DNA from: Rhizodiscina lignyota
Lineage: Eukaryota
NCBI GenBank assembly: GCA_010015805.1
Contig: ML978127.1
Span: forward strand, 1,798,001-1,862,000
Reading direction: 5' to 3'
DNA length: 64,000 bases
In this document: one piece after another, positions 48,348 to 64,000 of the stretch
How positions within the stretch are numbered: the first letter of the stretch is position 1
Layout of the letters: the number at the start of each line of letters is the position of its first letter
The notes under the pieces: generated by a model
What the model was told of the DNA's origin: nothing
Seen by the model: only the letters and a program-made list of their open reading frames with translations
The model's database searches: none
Program-made: the position numbers and the translations under genes

Positions 48348-50068
48348 ATGCTAAGGTCATTCGGTAACAAGCTCGGAGCGACCGAGGCATTGACACATGC
48401 TTGCGCTAGAGCTGGTGCATCACGTTGCTTAACATCAACGCCGCTGAGTCCCGCATTCGGCTCCAAATCAAATCTTTCACGGCGATTGAGGATACCAGGC
48501 GCTTTCCGGTTCAGTCAGATCACCGTCAGAACGTTCGTATCCACAGCATCCAGAATGGCGTCGACGAGAAGCGAGACGGACGCCTTTGGCGAGATTCAAG
48601 TCCCTTCAGACAAATACTGGGGAGCGCAGACGGAGAGGTCTTTGGAGAATTTTAAGATTAATCAACCGCAGGACCGTATGCCGCCGCCCGTTGTACGAGC
48701 ATTTGGCATTTTGAAAGGTGCAGCGGCGACAGTGAACATGAAATATGGCCTTGGTAAGTAAGCGACGATGGCGCTTTTCGAGAGCTCTAGCTAACAGGTA
48801 ACTGCCCAGATCCTAAGATAGGCCAGGCCATTCAGCAGGCTGCTTCCGAGGTCGCCTCGCTCAAGCTCATCGACCACTTTCCCCTCGTCGTCTGGCAGAC
48901 TGGCTCTGGCACCCAATCCAACATGAACGCAAACGAAGTCATCTCGAACCGCGCCATTGAGATACTGGGAGGCACAATGGGCAGCAAGAAACCAGTCCAT
49001 CCTAACGACCACGTCAATATGTCCGCTTCCTCGAATGACACCTTCCCCACCGTCATGCACATTGCTGGTGTACTGGAGTTGGAGGAGGACCTCATCCCAG
49101 CTATCAAGAGTTTACGCGATGCATTGCACAAGAAGTCACAAGAGTTTGAAAAAATCATCAAGATTGGGCGCACACATTTGCAAGATGCTACACCTCTTAC
49201 TCTGGGGCAAGAGTTCTCCGGCTATGTTCAGCAACTCGACTTGGGTATTGATCGAGTTCGGTCTGCTCTGCCACGCCTACGGATGCTCGCACAGGGTGGA
49301 ACAGCCGTCGGTACGGGGATCAACACTTTCAAGGGCTTTGCAGAGGCTATTGCTGAGGAAGTCACCAAGATGACTGGCCATGAATTCCAGACTGCACCGA
49401 ACAAGTTCGAAGCACTTGCTGCGCATGACGCCATTGTCGAGGCTCACGGACAACTCAACGTCCTCGCTACATCCCTCTATAAGATTGCTCAAGATATTCG
49501 TTTCCTCGGCTCAGGCCCCCGCTGCGGTCTGGGCGAGCTGAAGTTGCCTGAGAATGAGCCGGGTAGCAGTATCATGCCTGGCAAAGTCAACCCAACCCAG
49601 TGCGAGAGCATGACGATGTTGTGTTGCCAGGTGTTTGGCAACAATGCGGCTGTCACATTTGCTGGATCTCAGGGTAACTTCGAGCTGAACGTGTTTAAGC
49701 CTGTAATGATCAAGAATCTGCTGCACAGCTCTAGGCTCTTGGCAGATGGCATGAGAAGCTTTGAGAAGAACTTAGTCGTTGGAATTGAGGCTGACGAACA
49801 GAGGATCGGAGATTTGTTGCACAAGAGGTAAGTTTGGACTTTATTGCGGTTGGACAGCACAACGCTAACACAACGCAGTCTCATGCTTGTCACCTGCCTC
49901 AATCCAGTCATTGGTTACGACATGGCTTCCAAGGTCGCAAAGAATGCACACAAGAAGGGATTGACGCTCAAGGAGAGCGCTATGGAGCTTAAGGCTCTGA
50001 GCGAGGAAGACTTCGACAAATATGTGAAGCCGGAGTTGATGATCGCGCCAAAGGAGGCGAAGCTGTAA
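48348..50068 (+). CDS. FUM1: Class II fumarate hydratase (introns 48754-48809, 49828-49878)
   Basis: [44 protein letters not shown]-terminal mitochondrial presequence. Confidence 0.97.
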
Positions 50069-50193
50069 ATCATACACGCTGTATCAGTGTAGTGTAAATA
50101 TAGGCCATATATCATGTTTGCTATTCAAATAGACTTTTATACCCAAATCCGCTCCAGTTAGAGAATGGCTTTCAATTTGTATCTTAACGCTGT

Positions 50194-50263
50194 TCACGTG
50201 ACTTATGCGGAACACGCTAGTCCGGATTCTGATTGACTAATCGCGTCTCGCCATTTGACGCGT
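50194..50263. promoter_or_regulatory. TCACGTGAC (bHLH E-box) and ACGCGT (MCB) motifs upstream of SMC5
   Basis: TCACGTGAC 50194-50202, TCGCGT at 50241, ACGCGT 50258-50263, about 60 nt before the ATG. Confidence 0.45.
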
Positions 50264-50321
50264 CGATCCCAGCTTCGCTTCACGCTCAATCAATCATCAC
50301 GACTTGCGCGACAGCGCCAGC

Positions 50322-54072
<3,751 letters not shown>

Positions 54073-54804
54073 GAGTCTCATTCGTGTGGATTGCTTGAGC
54101 ATGATTATGATTTCGACGAGCTGCATATGTCGTATGGTCTTGATGGTGAAATGTGCTTGTACTCGGCTCTACCTTTGCTGTGGTCAAGATGGGTATGAGC
54201 GGTTTTGACTGCTCTGTAAGCGGACCAATCGAAGTCCAAATGGCTTTTTGCCTACGACTGGGCGGGCCATAGCTTTCACTGCTGTATTACCACAATGTCC
54301 AAAAATACAATTTTTGCGTGACATTGGCGTTGTTGTGCTTGGGTTCGTGTGCAAAGGTAACCAATCGCTACCCGCGGCTCAAATCCGCGACGAAAAGCAT
54401 CCTCGGAATTGCTCTGCAGCGTAAGCTGGGCACAGAAACATGGTGCCATATTAATGTCGTCAACTGTTCTTCAGCTATATAAGTGAGTCTGACACTCAGG
54501 CCATACTTTCTGAAAGCTTTGGGTGAATATTGACAGCAGCGTCACGCTTGATCAATCCTCTCAACACAGCTCGAACTCGCGAAGTACAACCTTGGGAGCT
54601 GTCGTATCTACAGTTACCTACGATTATATATTGGCAAGAGGGACCCGAATTCGGTGCGACAAGTCAAGGCATCTTACTTAGGTATAAATACTCAACTGTA
54701 AATCTGCATTTCTTCTACAACAGTCCTCATATCTGCTTTCACATCCACGTTACCACTTGATGTTACCTGTCACGTCGACTTAGGCCTCAACCACTACATC
54801 ATCA

Positions 54805-55885
54805 ATGTCTTCGCTCTTGAGCCTCAATTTCCTCATAACCTGCCTTCTTCTTCTCCAGCTTGCCCTCGCGGACACATGGCAAATCCCGACTTTGACCAAC
54901 CACTTCATGGGTTCGAACTCGGGCATCACCGACGGCTCTTGGCCACCTAACAAGGCCTTCAATAGCACCATGAACTTCACTATCCAGTACCTCCCGAAAA
55001 GCTTCAACGACAAGGCATTCTCGCAGACCGAGTGCTCTGGTAGCTGGGTGGGAGAGGCGTATCCCACGACATGGTTGAGCTGCAAAGACAGTCGTGTGAA
55101 GTGGCGCTTCCAGAAGAGCAATAAGTGGAATGAGTGTAACTTTGTCCTTGAGGTGGCAGTGACACAGGTCGCTCAAGGGTAGGTGGAAACCGATTATGAT
55201 GTTATCAATTCACTCTGCACTTCACTGCTCTGACCACACACATAGCTCTTTGACCTCTCTCACTCTCCTGTCTGCCAATGTGACCGCGAACGCCGGTTCC
55301 TCGGCACCAACTAACTACCTTACCTGCATTTCCTGCGGCCCTCCATACTCTGGTGTCTGCGGAAAAACAGATGGGATGCTCTCCAATCCGGCTCCCATCC
55401 CATTGAGGGTGGTCGGCGTCGAAAAGGAAGCCTTTTTGCCCTTAAATGCCACTTCAATTAGCACCTACGGGCCCTCAGGACGGCCGGGCCAGCCGTGCCA
55501 ACCTTTCATAAACTTCACAGTCGTTGACCTTAACGACAAGAAGCAGACGGTCTGCACGAAGATTTGGCTCTGCAGTGACAGCGATTCTCACCTCTTCGAC
55601 CACGTTCCTTGTGGCGACTCGGCATTCTGGTTTAGCATTACAGTTCCTGATGGCGGAAATCCTCTCGAAAACTTCGAGTTGCGGGTTTATCGTAAGATCA
55701 AATATCAGCACAACTCTTCTGCTGTAACATTGGATGGCCAGCCAATCAATGTGACAATTTCCGGACAGTCGGCTATGAAAGTTGGAGATCAACTCGGTGG
55801 AGAGTGCGGAGGTAGCGGTGTCTGCTATTGGGGTCTCAGCAAAGGACCGGTGGCACTTCCCATTGATGGGATTCAAGTCACATAA
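54805..55885 (+). CDS. Secreted Cys-rich protein of about 337 aa with two Alt a 1 (AA1)-like modules (intron 55179-55245)
   Basis: Signal peptide; repeated pattern NFT...TxC...W......C.D...W...NF.L.V; in-frame GTAGGT..CTGAC..TAG intron; TATAAA near 54683. Confidence 0.75.
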
Positions 55886-56360
55886 AAGCTGAATTGGATA
55901 AGGAGTTTACATAGTGGATTAAAGTCATATGAAAAGGACATGATCGGAATCTGCCTAATCAGAGCTCGGTTTCATCTCGAGTGAGAAGAGAAAGGCAACA
56001 TCGGCCGGATTTCGGCAGGAAATGTCGAGGTTCTCGTCATAGTCTGTCTTTGTTGAAATTTCCTGTCCACCCCACTCCCTACTCCCATTCGATCGAATCT
56101 TCATTAAACTCCTCAGGCCCTCTCTGAACCGACACCCCGTGGGCCAGGAGATCTTCATACAGTCCCAATTTCCGCAACTTGTCTCGAACGACTCAACCGC
56201 GTCGCAGAGTCCAGCTACTTCATCTTCTATTGAAGACGTTCCACTCTCCTTCCGTAATTTCCACTAATCTATCCGATTCGGTCATCCACTGCTCAACAGA
56301 TCCACTCCTTGCTTCACCTGTGAACAAGGCCCAATAGCCCACCGAGCTATGAAAAGGCAA

Positions 56361-56864
56361 TCAAGATAGAAACAAAGGCAAGCTTATCATGAGCGCATCG
56401 AACATAAACCTCCAGGATTCTAAAATCGTCTTCTTTGCGGACCTACTCCTCGCTTTCGCTTCCTCCTTTTCTTTCATTGCCTCCTCATAGCTTGGCAGGT
56501 CATTCTTGAGCGAGTCGGCTGGTGTCAAGGGTCTGCTGCGAGGACGCGGTGTGGGAGGCCGCGACGGTGGGAGCATAGGCGAGAGGACCGAGCGAAACTG
56601 CGAGCGCTCTATTGGTAAGAGAGGACAGTGTGTGCGCGCTTCGTAGCGGTGCTTTGCGGCGATTGCTTCTGCTTGTCGGCCTTGCTCCTCTAATGAGTCG
56701 ATCTCAATTCTCGTAATGAACTGATCAAGTTCCACGGGGAGATTTGCAGACTCGTATGCCGGGAGATGGGAACTGATGTTTGAAGGAATATTCCCATTGA
56801 CAGGAACAGTCCTCATATCGGTGTAGGATTGTGCTATCGCTCTTGCGCTGCTCTTAGACTGCAT
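56361..56864 (-). CDS. Hypothetical 167-aa protein with LPxY motifs
   Basis: Open frame from ATG at 56864; LPAYE, LPSYEE, Pro-rich segment, hydrophobic C-terminus; no family recognised. Confidence 0.45.
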   Translation of the reverse strand: MQSKSSARAIAQSYTDMRTVPVNGNIPSNISSHLPAYESANLPVELDQFITRIEIDSLEEQGRQAEAIAAKHRYEARTHCPLLPIERSQFRSVLSPMLPPSRPPTPRPRSRPLTPADSLKNDLPSYEEAMKEKEEAKARSRSAKKTILESWRFMFDALMISLPLFLS

Positions 56865-57518
56865 GAAGTGGTACAGTGCGAATGGGAGAATAGATGTAAA
56901 TTTCCAACGTTCACAGAGTTCACGGGAAGGCAGAATTAATGAACATAAAGTAAATGAGGGACAAAGACTTGTTGGGGGCAACAGACGGTTCAGGAGCGTA
57001 TCGGGCACGAGAGATTAAATTCTGTGGATGGTGATAGGGCGGCAGCGTTAAATATGGACGGCCAGTTCAGCAGGGAAAATGAAGGCGTAGTATAGACTGA
57101 CCACAGTAACCTCTGCAATACAATCTGATCTCCTCGATGACATGAAAAGATTATAAGATGAATGAAGCATTTGAGAATGCTCTATCACAACTTCAACCCG
57201 ACACCAGTGCGTCGCAGAGGAAGTGATGGAAACAGTCTCCTGTGTCGTTTATCTTATCAATGAAAGCGAAAACTTAGTTTCTGAAATATCATTGTTTCAG
57301 CTGCGACAATTCATAGCAGATCGTGGGATACATGGACATTGAAAGTTTTGTGATACCGTAGCTCTTGGTGGGATTTTTTTTCCCACCCGCACCGCCTCTA
57401 CGCAAGAGTGCATCTCCAAATACAGATCAAAAATAATCACTATTAAAGGCCCGGGAGCTAAAGAAGATAGAGGCAAAAGATAAAACTGAGGCAAGAATGC
57501 AAAAAGATAAAAAGAAAC

Positions 57519-57607
57519 CGCCCGATGGGAGGCTCGAACTCCCAACCTTAAGATCTCTCGCTGATGCGATAAAAGTCTTACGCGCTGACCAATTGTGCCA
57601 ATCGGGC
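57519..57607 (-). tRNA. tRNA-Lys(UUU) with a 15-nt intron
   Basis: GCCCGAT/ATCGGGC acceptor stem, D-loop TGG, TAAGA-CTTTTA-[intron]-A-TCTTA anticodon arm, GGGAGTTCGAGCCTCCC T arm, downstream T-runs (Pol III terminator). Confidence 0.95.
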
Positions 57608-58221
57608 CAAGTTTCGGAACTTTTGAAAAGTTTGTTAATAATATATAGACTAAAATCTAGATGCCCGATTTCTCCACCCCAATCCCCTTTCCGAACCTGT
57701 TTGCTTTCAGAAAAATTCGAAATTTCCTTTCACACGAAGTGGTTTTCACCGAAATTTTTGCATTGAACCGGCTCGGAGCAGCAAATTTGAGAAGCCTTGG
57801 GGTGCTATCCCCCCATCGACTCCTACGCCAGCAAGCCCACGAAGTTCTTGCATTATTGGCTTAGAGAAATCACGTCTACGGATCATGGAGCCTCATGCTT
57901 TTCGCATCACACTTCTATCCATCGCCTCTCGCGCTTTGCGCACTCAAATATGCACGATAGTTTGAACTTCAGCAATGTACACCGTGGATTTTTAAGCTAT
58001 AAATGTGTGCCAAATCACCCAGCGAATTCATGGTTGCCGAGCTTCATTTCAATTCACGACGGAGTCCACTCTTTCACTCGAATTAAAAACACGGAAATAT
58101 GCGCGAATTCAAAGAATCCATTATCCTACCGCCATCGAAGCGGCAAACAAGCATCATTTCTCTCTACAGGATCCGTTTCGTCCGCGACCAGCGCGCCAGC
58201 GCGCAGCATCAACCCAACCCC

Positions 58222-58509
58222 TCAACGCCCCTCTCCCCTCCCCCCAATCCGCCTACTGAGCCTTCTTGGTGGCCTTCTCTGCATAAAGTGAGAGTGTATG
58301 TGTTTGCGCGCGGTAATATGAGAATACAGACCCTTGCGCTTCTTCTTGCCCCCTCGGCACGTGTACCAAATATTGTTGTACCAGTGCCCGCCGACACGAG
58401 GGTTCTCCTGCGCTTCGAGGAGCGCAGTGCATGCGCGCTCGATGATGTAGAATTGGTGGCCAAAAGCCACCGGGACAAACTCTGGTGCGGTAGGGTCGAG
58501 GGACGCCAT
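58222..58509 (-). CDS. 95-aa basic microprotein with an N-terminal PAM2-like motif
   Basis: ACA-ATG-G start, MASLDPTAPEFVP, K/R-rich C-terminal half; TATATAA near 58660 and a CT-rich leader upstream. Confidence 0.55.
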   Translation of the reverse strand: MASLDPTAPEFVPVAFGHQFYIIERACTALLEAQENPRVGGHWYNNIWYTCRGGKKKRKGLYSHITARKHIHSHFMQRRPPRRLSRRIGGRGEGR

Positions 58510-59168
58510 TGTGTGAGAGAGAGGAGAGGCGGAGGGAGGTCTCTTTGGTGTTTGGGGTGTTGGTAGCGGGAGAAAGCTTGAGATTGGAGGATGTCTTGAG
58601 GTGTTGTTTGCTATTGGTCGACAAGGAGAGAAGGAGGAGAGAAGAGAGCGGCGGGGCTTATATACATAGAGAAATTTGAATGTTTGTGAATGGTGAAACA
58701 ACAACAATGGTGAAGAGTCCAGGCAGCAAGTGAACTTGCCGCGCGTAGCCGCATCGCGCCCGTGAAGTTCGGAAGGCATGCGTGCTCGTTTAATTTCATC
58801 CAAATGACACATGATGTCTGGGAGATTGCGCTTCCTGTGGTCACTCTCGAGGCTACGAATTTGGATGTCCTCGCAACGGTGAGTGAGAACGACTGTGTCA
58901 GTACAGAGTAGCTGATATACAATTTCCTAGTGAGATGCTAGAACAGAGCAAAATCGAGCGCCACACTACATTTTACACATGCAGTGCTCACGACCAGATC
59001 GTGAGTGGACAAAACAAAAACGAAGCAAGTACTTGCCTATTCCCGTCCCTTGCGGCTTCTCTCTATCTCTTGCAAACCCAGCGAAGCCCATACATTGGTA
59101 TCGTAACAAATTGCGCGCCATCGTCTTTAGAATCGCAGCCAGCGTCGCCATCGTGAGATAATCATCTC

Positions 59169-62036
59169 CTACTCCTCTAGTACTACATCCCCAGCGCCAT
59201 CATGACTGATTTCATCTCCGGGCCCTAAAACCACTGGACCTGGAATCGGATCGGGAATAGCAATAAGTTGATCCACCTCATCCTCGTCCTCCTCATCCTC
59301 GTCCTCCTCATCCTCGACGCCATCGAAGAACTCTTTCACACTCTCTGCAGCGATGTCAGCGCGTTTTGCAAACTCGGCTTGCATTTCGCCTAGCTGCTTT
59401 CGTGCTTTCTCGGCCGCGATCCTCGCTTGCCTCTCCTCTTCTTTCCGGCATTTCGCTTTATTTAGTGGTAGTTCAGCGCAGTGCGGACAATAGTAGTTGC
59501 TGGTACAGAAGGCGCAGGGGCAGGTCGGTGAGTCGCGTATGCAAAACTAGACAAAAATAAGTATCTATACAAGGACTGCTTCATGGGAGAACGGTGATAT
59601 ACGAACCTCACAAACCCACACCCCGCACGTCGTGCATACTTTCATGCCAGCGCCGCATCGAGGTCTTGAATCACCAACTGGTCTAAATGCCTGGCAGAAG
59701 TATGAACCACAGCCCTCCCATTGAACAGGATGTCGAGCGCTGCCTGGGAGAGGAATACGGTCGGCAGGGAAATTTATTGAAGCCGGCCAGGATGTTATCG
59801 TCGTGCGCGGCCGTAGACCGGAAAAGCTGTGTGAGCGTTGCTTCGCTGTAATCGCCGCGAAAGGACTCGTCGATTTAGGTTCGAGCGTTGAGATTGAAGA
59901 AGAGAGGTCGACGGACTCTAGTGCTGTTGAAGCAGAGTCCTGGGACAATTGGCGATCCATATCTCCCTCGTCCGCACTCTCAGAGTGATATAAGCTCAGC
60001 AACTTTGAGTGCAATGCCGTAGATCCCTTGAATGCAGGTATCTTAAGTTCCTTTGGCGGAGTTCTACTCCGCACCCACTCCCTCTCCATGCTCAGATCGC
60101 GATACCCGCACTTCCTGACCTTGAGCCCCCTGAAATCATGCTCTTTGCATAATGCCCTCCTGCAGCCTCTGCAGTTCACCTTCCATCTGCACATCTTGTA
60201 ACAGTCTTGACACAGGCTCCTCGGGCACGTCAGTGTCTGCAACTCCACGTTATCCTGCTTCAGGTACGGCAATATGTCGACATCTTCGCCGAGCACGGTT
60301 TCGTACAACGTCTGGTTCTTGAGCTCACGAAGGTTATCCGAACTCGGCACAGGCGGTATGAAGTCCGGGTCTGCGTATTTCCTGTCTCGCGGCAATGGTG
60401 CTGCACGAACCTTCTCCGCGCCTCTTCCACCAAGACCTGGGCCGAGGAAGGCAATACCGCCACCACCGGAGAAGATGGGCTCGAGGCAGCACCAGTGCAT
60501 ATTGAGCTTGAGCTGCGTGGGACCATTCGCGGCGTGACCGGCAGGGATATCGACTGAAGAATCATCTGAATCGCTCTCTTCGGATGATTCATTCATGAGA
60601 TTTGGTGACCGATATGCACCGGGAGCCCACCAGAATCTGTTCCTTCTCCTCTGATCACGATGCCGGAATTGTGCCGCTACTGACGCAGGTACCTCGGCCG
60701 TCATCCCATCGTCTGACAGGCCTATGAGCAATTGCTGGAAATTCCTGAGCTTGGGTCGTTTCCTCGGTATCGGCCGGTTGAAAGCGCAACTTGCGCATAA
60801 TGTCTTTCTGCAGCCCATGCAATGCATCCTCACACTGCACGTCTCGCAGCGCTCCACGATCGTGTCACCACACTGATCGCATTTGACACTCTCCACAAAA
60901 GTTTTGTGACTTGAGCGTAGATGTGCCGGCACATCCTTGCCCTCTCCTTGGAAGCTTGACGAGACGCCATATAATGGCTCTCCGTCGTGGCCAGCCTCTG
61001 AGCTCTCCCACAGTCGTCCATCATTTGAATCTTGTCGCGCAGAGTGGTCAACTGGTCCAATCCGGTTCTGCGACCGCCAGAGTCTATCGAAAGGTACCCA
61101 TACCTCCGCTGTTCCTGGCGCTGCACGGTTTCCGTGGTAGTCCTTCCTCCTAAAACATCTTGCACCAGGTGTAGGACACCACGCCGTGTCAGTCCATATG
61201 CCCATCATATGACATATTTCGATCAACTCGTGTGTTGGCTCCGAATCAGAGTCACGCCGTATCAGCGAAGAAGGAAGGTAAGGCCGCCGTCTGTGATGCC
61301 GACATCGGTAGGTGTAGAGGCTCGTGAGTGCCAAGTCCTTCTTTTTGATCCATGGCGAGTACTGGGGGCTATTGTGTTGCAAGAACGGGACGATATGGTA
61401 TTTGATAGAGACATTCTTGCAGCCGCGGACAGAGAGGTGTTTGAGGATGTGTTTGCGCGGGTTCCAGACGTTGGAGCATAACGCTATGCCATCAACGGCG
61501 GTATTGCAGAGATCAAGGTGCGTAAGGCGAGTCGCAAACGGTAGCACAACATGCGCTAGCAAGCCGTTGAGGAATTGCTGTCTGCTTTGCCTCTCTCTTC
61601 CATCTGGCGTCTCCACCCCTGGGGATGTGAGCAACAGTGCAGGTTGTGGCAAGCGGAATGACAGCGTCTTCCATGCGAGCGGGTATTGTTCGAGGAAGCA
61701 TCGAAGATGGCGCGAGGTGTGTAGGAGGTCGAAGAGCGAGCGCGTTGGGAGTTGAGAGAGGAGCGAGTCTAGAATTGGAGGATAAGTGGTGAAGATGGTC
61801 TCGAACAAGGATATAGGACGTATTTCCTCCACATCGTCTTGCGCAGCTTGATCTTCAATGTGCACGCGTGTTTCCTCCTCGCTCGTCGGAGGGTATGTCG
61901 TCGCCTCGTCGAGAAGGCATTCGTGATGTATGGAGCCAGTCATACTGCTTCCGTCGATGTGGTGGAGCTGCATACGGAGAGTCAAGTCACGGCCGACCAG
62001 AGCGTCTTCGCGGTGGAGCGAGCATGGGAAAGTCAT
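59169..62036 (-). CDS. Conserved-looking fungal protein with F-box-like/LRR-like N-terminus and multiple CxxC clusters (intron 59547-59606)
   Basis: 823-aa ORF spliced in frame to FCIRDSPTCPCAFC...CPHC...MQAEFAKR...acidic tail; PPILDSLLSQLPTRSLFDLLHTSR is F-box-like; LTHLDL and LKHLSVRGCKNV are LRR-like. Confidence 0.75.
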
Positions 62037-62362
62037 GCAGAAGAGTGAGTTAAGAGTGCTTTGGAATCACATCTGGATGTTGGGCTGGTGTTGTTCATGA
62101 TGAAGGCAAGAGATGCTGAAGCTCCACTTTAGATGTCGTGTCTGCCTTGGCCTTGATTGGCCGTAGCTTGGTGTCTAGTGGGCGCGCCGCCGCAAGCGAA
62201 TCGATCAGCGCCAGCCTGCTCGCGTGACGAGAGAACAAATCATCACCGCCTTGCTTTTTCAATGCAGGGCCGCATGTAGGGTCCACGTCTTGCTTATTGC
62301 AACGTGGAGAGCGTTAAACAATCATTTAGACAGACGTCGGTGGGTATATTTCATCCTATCCA

Positions 62363-64000
62363 TCAACGCCGAGCGTCGCTGTCCCCGACGGCATACCCCC
62401 TTGCCACGCCTCTCCTACCTTCCTCTATCCTCGCTGACTCCTCGGCGTGCCCGTCTTCTTGATACGCAATCTCAAAGTCGCTTCCGAGACCCTGCCATGT
62501 CCGTTTCTCGCGCAGGAACTCTGCTCCAGGAGATGCGACACCTCCGATTTGAATGACATCGCCATTCGCTCTCTTGATGAGCGACTGAGACGATGCGCTT
62601 GGCACGCTCCCCGACAGCTTCTTCGGCGCCACTCGCATCGGTCGTGAGTGTGACACATATCGCCCTGTCCTCAGATCGAACTCCGGCGGCGCAGATTCTT
62701 CTTCTGAATCATATTCTGCGTCGTCACCTTCCCCATCCTCACCGTTTTCGCCACGTCTGTCTCTCAACTCATCCTTTGTTGCTAGCACAGCTTGGAAGTC
62801 GCTCGTCCATTCGCCTGTCCACACTCTTTCACTGTCACCTTTCAGTGCCAGGCTCAACTCGAAGGGCGTAATGATTGGCTTGTAGAACTCCTTGCTCTCA
62901 AGTAAGCTGCTCTCCCAGCAACCGATGACAACCCATCCTCCAATCTCACTAAAATTCGCAATTTTCGCTGCGTTGACTTTGCCGACGACGAATGTATACG
63001 ACTTCTTGCCGGCATTAGCAATCATTTCTTTGACGTGCTCCACGACATGCAAGTAATTCTTGACGCTCAGTGTGTTGATGAGGATACCAAAGATGGAGAC
63101 TGTAGAGAGGGATGTGAGTAGAGCATATCTACGTCGAAGCGTCGCGGTAGAAGAAGCCAGTAAAGCCTTTGAGATATTGGTAGAGTCCCCTGAGGATGTT
63201 GGATAGATATGTATTACACCAGCTCGCGACGACAATGTGAGTAGCAGTGCTGTCGGAGGATGAGAAACATGAAATATCTGGTACTCCCGTAGTCGCGTTA
63301 TATCTTCTTGCACCTCTGTTGGTACAGTGCGGTTCGGAAGAGGAGAAGAAGGGTCATGTATAATCTCAGTCTCGAAGATGTTGCTATAGCCTTCTTTTTG
63401 AAGCAGCTGTGTGAGCTCTGCAATATGACTCGAATATGGTATATCTGTCATTAAGATGATTTTCTGCTCCAGGTCAGGATATGTGTCTTTGAATGTCCGT
63501 ACGATGTTCTCGAGTCCCAGCGGCCTAGTTGTAAAGACATAAATCACCGATAGTCGTGCAGTTGGTGAGAGACATGACCGGCCGTAATGTACAACTACAT
63601 CCGCATCGACATGCTCTGCAGCCACTTCGTCCACGCAGCACGATCCATACGAGGTGTCCGCTAGTATGAAGATCTTCTGTCCTTTTGCTTGAGTGTCCTC
63701 TTTGCTATCAGCCTCGTTGCTGACTGACACCTTCTCAAGCCGTGCAGATGTATCACCAACTTCATCCTTCGAGTCCGCCTCTTTCGTGGCCACCTCGGTC
63801 CGCCGCCTCTTTAAGCCTCTGACCAAACCCTCATACACCCTTGGTGCATCTACCAGCATCTCATCTGGAAACTGTAAGGCTATCCGCTTCCATCTTCCTT
63901 GTTGAATTTCTCTAACCGTCCGTTCAATCTCATATGTAACATGTACCTGCTCATCTGAGAGCTTCGGGAGGGACGATATGTCGATGGGGGCGGTTGGATC
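62363..64000 (-). CDS. DPH2: Diphthamide biosynthesis protein 2 (5' end beyond the window)
   Basis: YEIERT...RIALQFPDEML, ILADTSYGSCCVDEVAAEH, HYGRSCLSP, GKVNAAKIANF, TPFEL, RTWQGL, GRRGVARGY. Confidence 0.93.
   Translation of the reverse strand, partial: DPTAPIDISSLPKLSDEQVHVTYEIERTVREIQQGRWKRIALQFPDEMLVDAPRVYEGLVRGLKRRRTEVATKEADSKDEVGDTSARLEKVSVSNEADSKEDTQAKGQKIFILADTSYGSCCVDEVAAEHVDADVVVHYGRSCLSPTARLSVIYVFTTRPLGLENIVRTFKDTYPDLEQKIILMTDIPYSSHIAELTQLLQKEGYSNIFETEIIHDPSSPLPNRTVPTEVQEDITRLREYQIFHVSHPPTALLLTLSSRAGVIHIYPTSSGDSTNISKALLASSTATLRRRYALLTSLSTVSIFGILINTLSVKNYLHVVEHVKEMIANAGKKSYTFVVGKVNAAKIANFSEIGGWVVIGCWESSLLESKEFYKPIITPFELSLALKGDSERVWTGEWTSDFQAVLATKDELRDRRGENGEDGEGDDAEYDSEEESAPPEFDLRTGRYVSHSRPMRVAPKKLSGSVPSASSQSLIKRANGDVIQIGGVASPGAEFLREKRTWQGLGSDFEIAYQEDGHAEESARIEEGRRGVARGYAVGDSDARR

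Noticed and set aside
57700..58120. Weak ~36-39 bp recurrence of CAC..GAA(A/T)T next to the tRNA
   Set aside because: Too few and too irregular matches to distinguish from chance
59169..59384. Standalone 71-aa acidic ORF
   Set aside because: It is part of the in-frame last exon of the 59169-62036 gene

Overview
Eukaryotic (filamentous ascomycete, probably Dothideomycete-like) euchromatic window, gene-dense with GT-AG introns, so the ORF track fragments most genes. I rebuilt exon structures by hand. Contents in order: 3' end of an unknown gene, a 64-aa membrane microprotein, HP1/Swi6, CCT5, a 13-exon CCCH/CHY zinc-finger gene, an Mks1-like DUF1752/DUF3295 gene, Tco89-like, a secreted PQQ-type beta-propeller, a Zn alcohol dehydrogenase, LUC7, an ArfGAP, KAR5-like, MRPL6, MET22, a zf-C3HC/Rsm1 protein, a SNF2 ATPase, fumarase, SMC5, a secreted Cys-rich protein, tRNA-Lys(UUU), a PAM2 microprotein, an F-box-like Cys-rich protein and partial DPH2. 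No transposase, CRISPR array or rRNA was seen. Two unexplained structures stand out. (1) Two non-coding, highly degenerate ~55-bp tandem arrays of apparently the same family flank the ArfGAP gene in inverted orientation (32490-33530 and 35705-36920). (2) At about 6.5-10.4 kb the convergent 3' ends of CCT5 and the CHY gene both carry very long, hairpin-rich introns, including a ~130-bp fold-back, plus an 8-nt microexon. Family assignments come from recognised motifs, not database searches.
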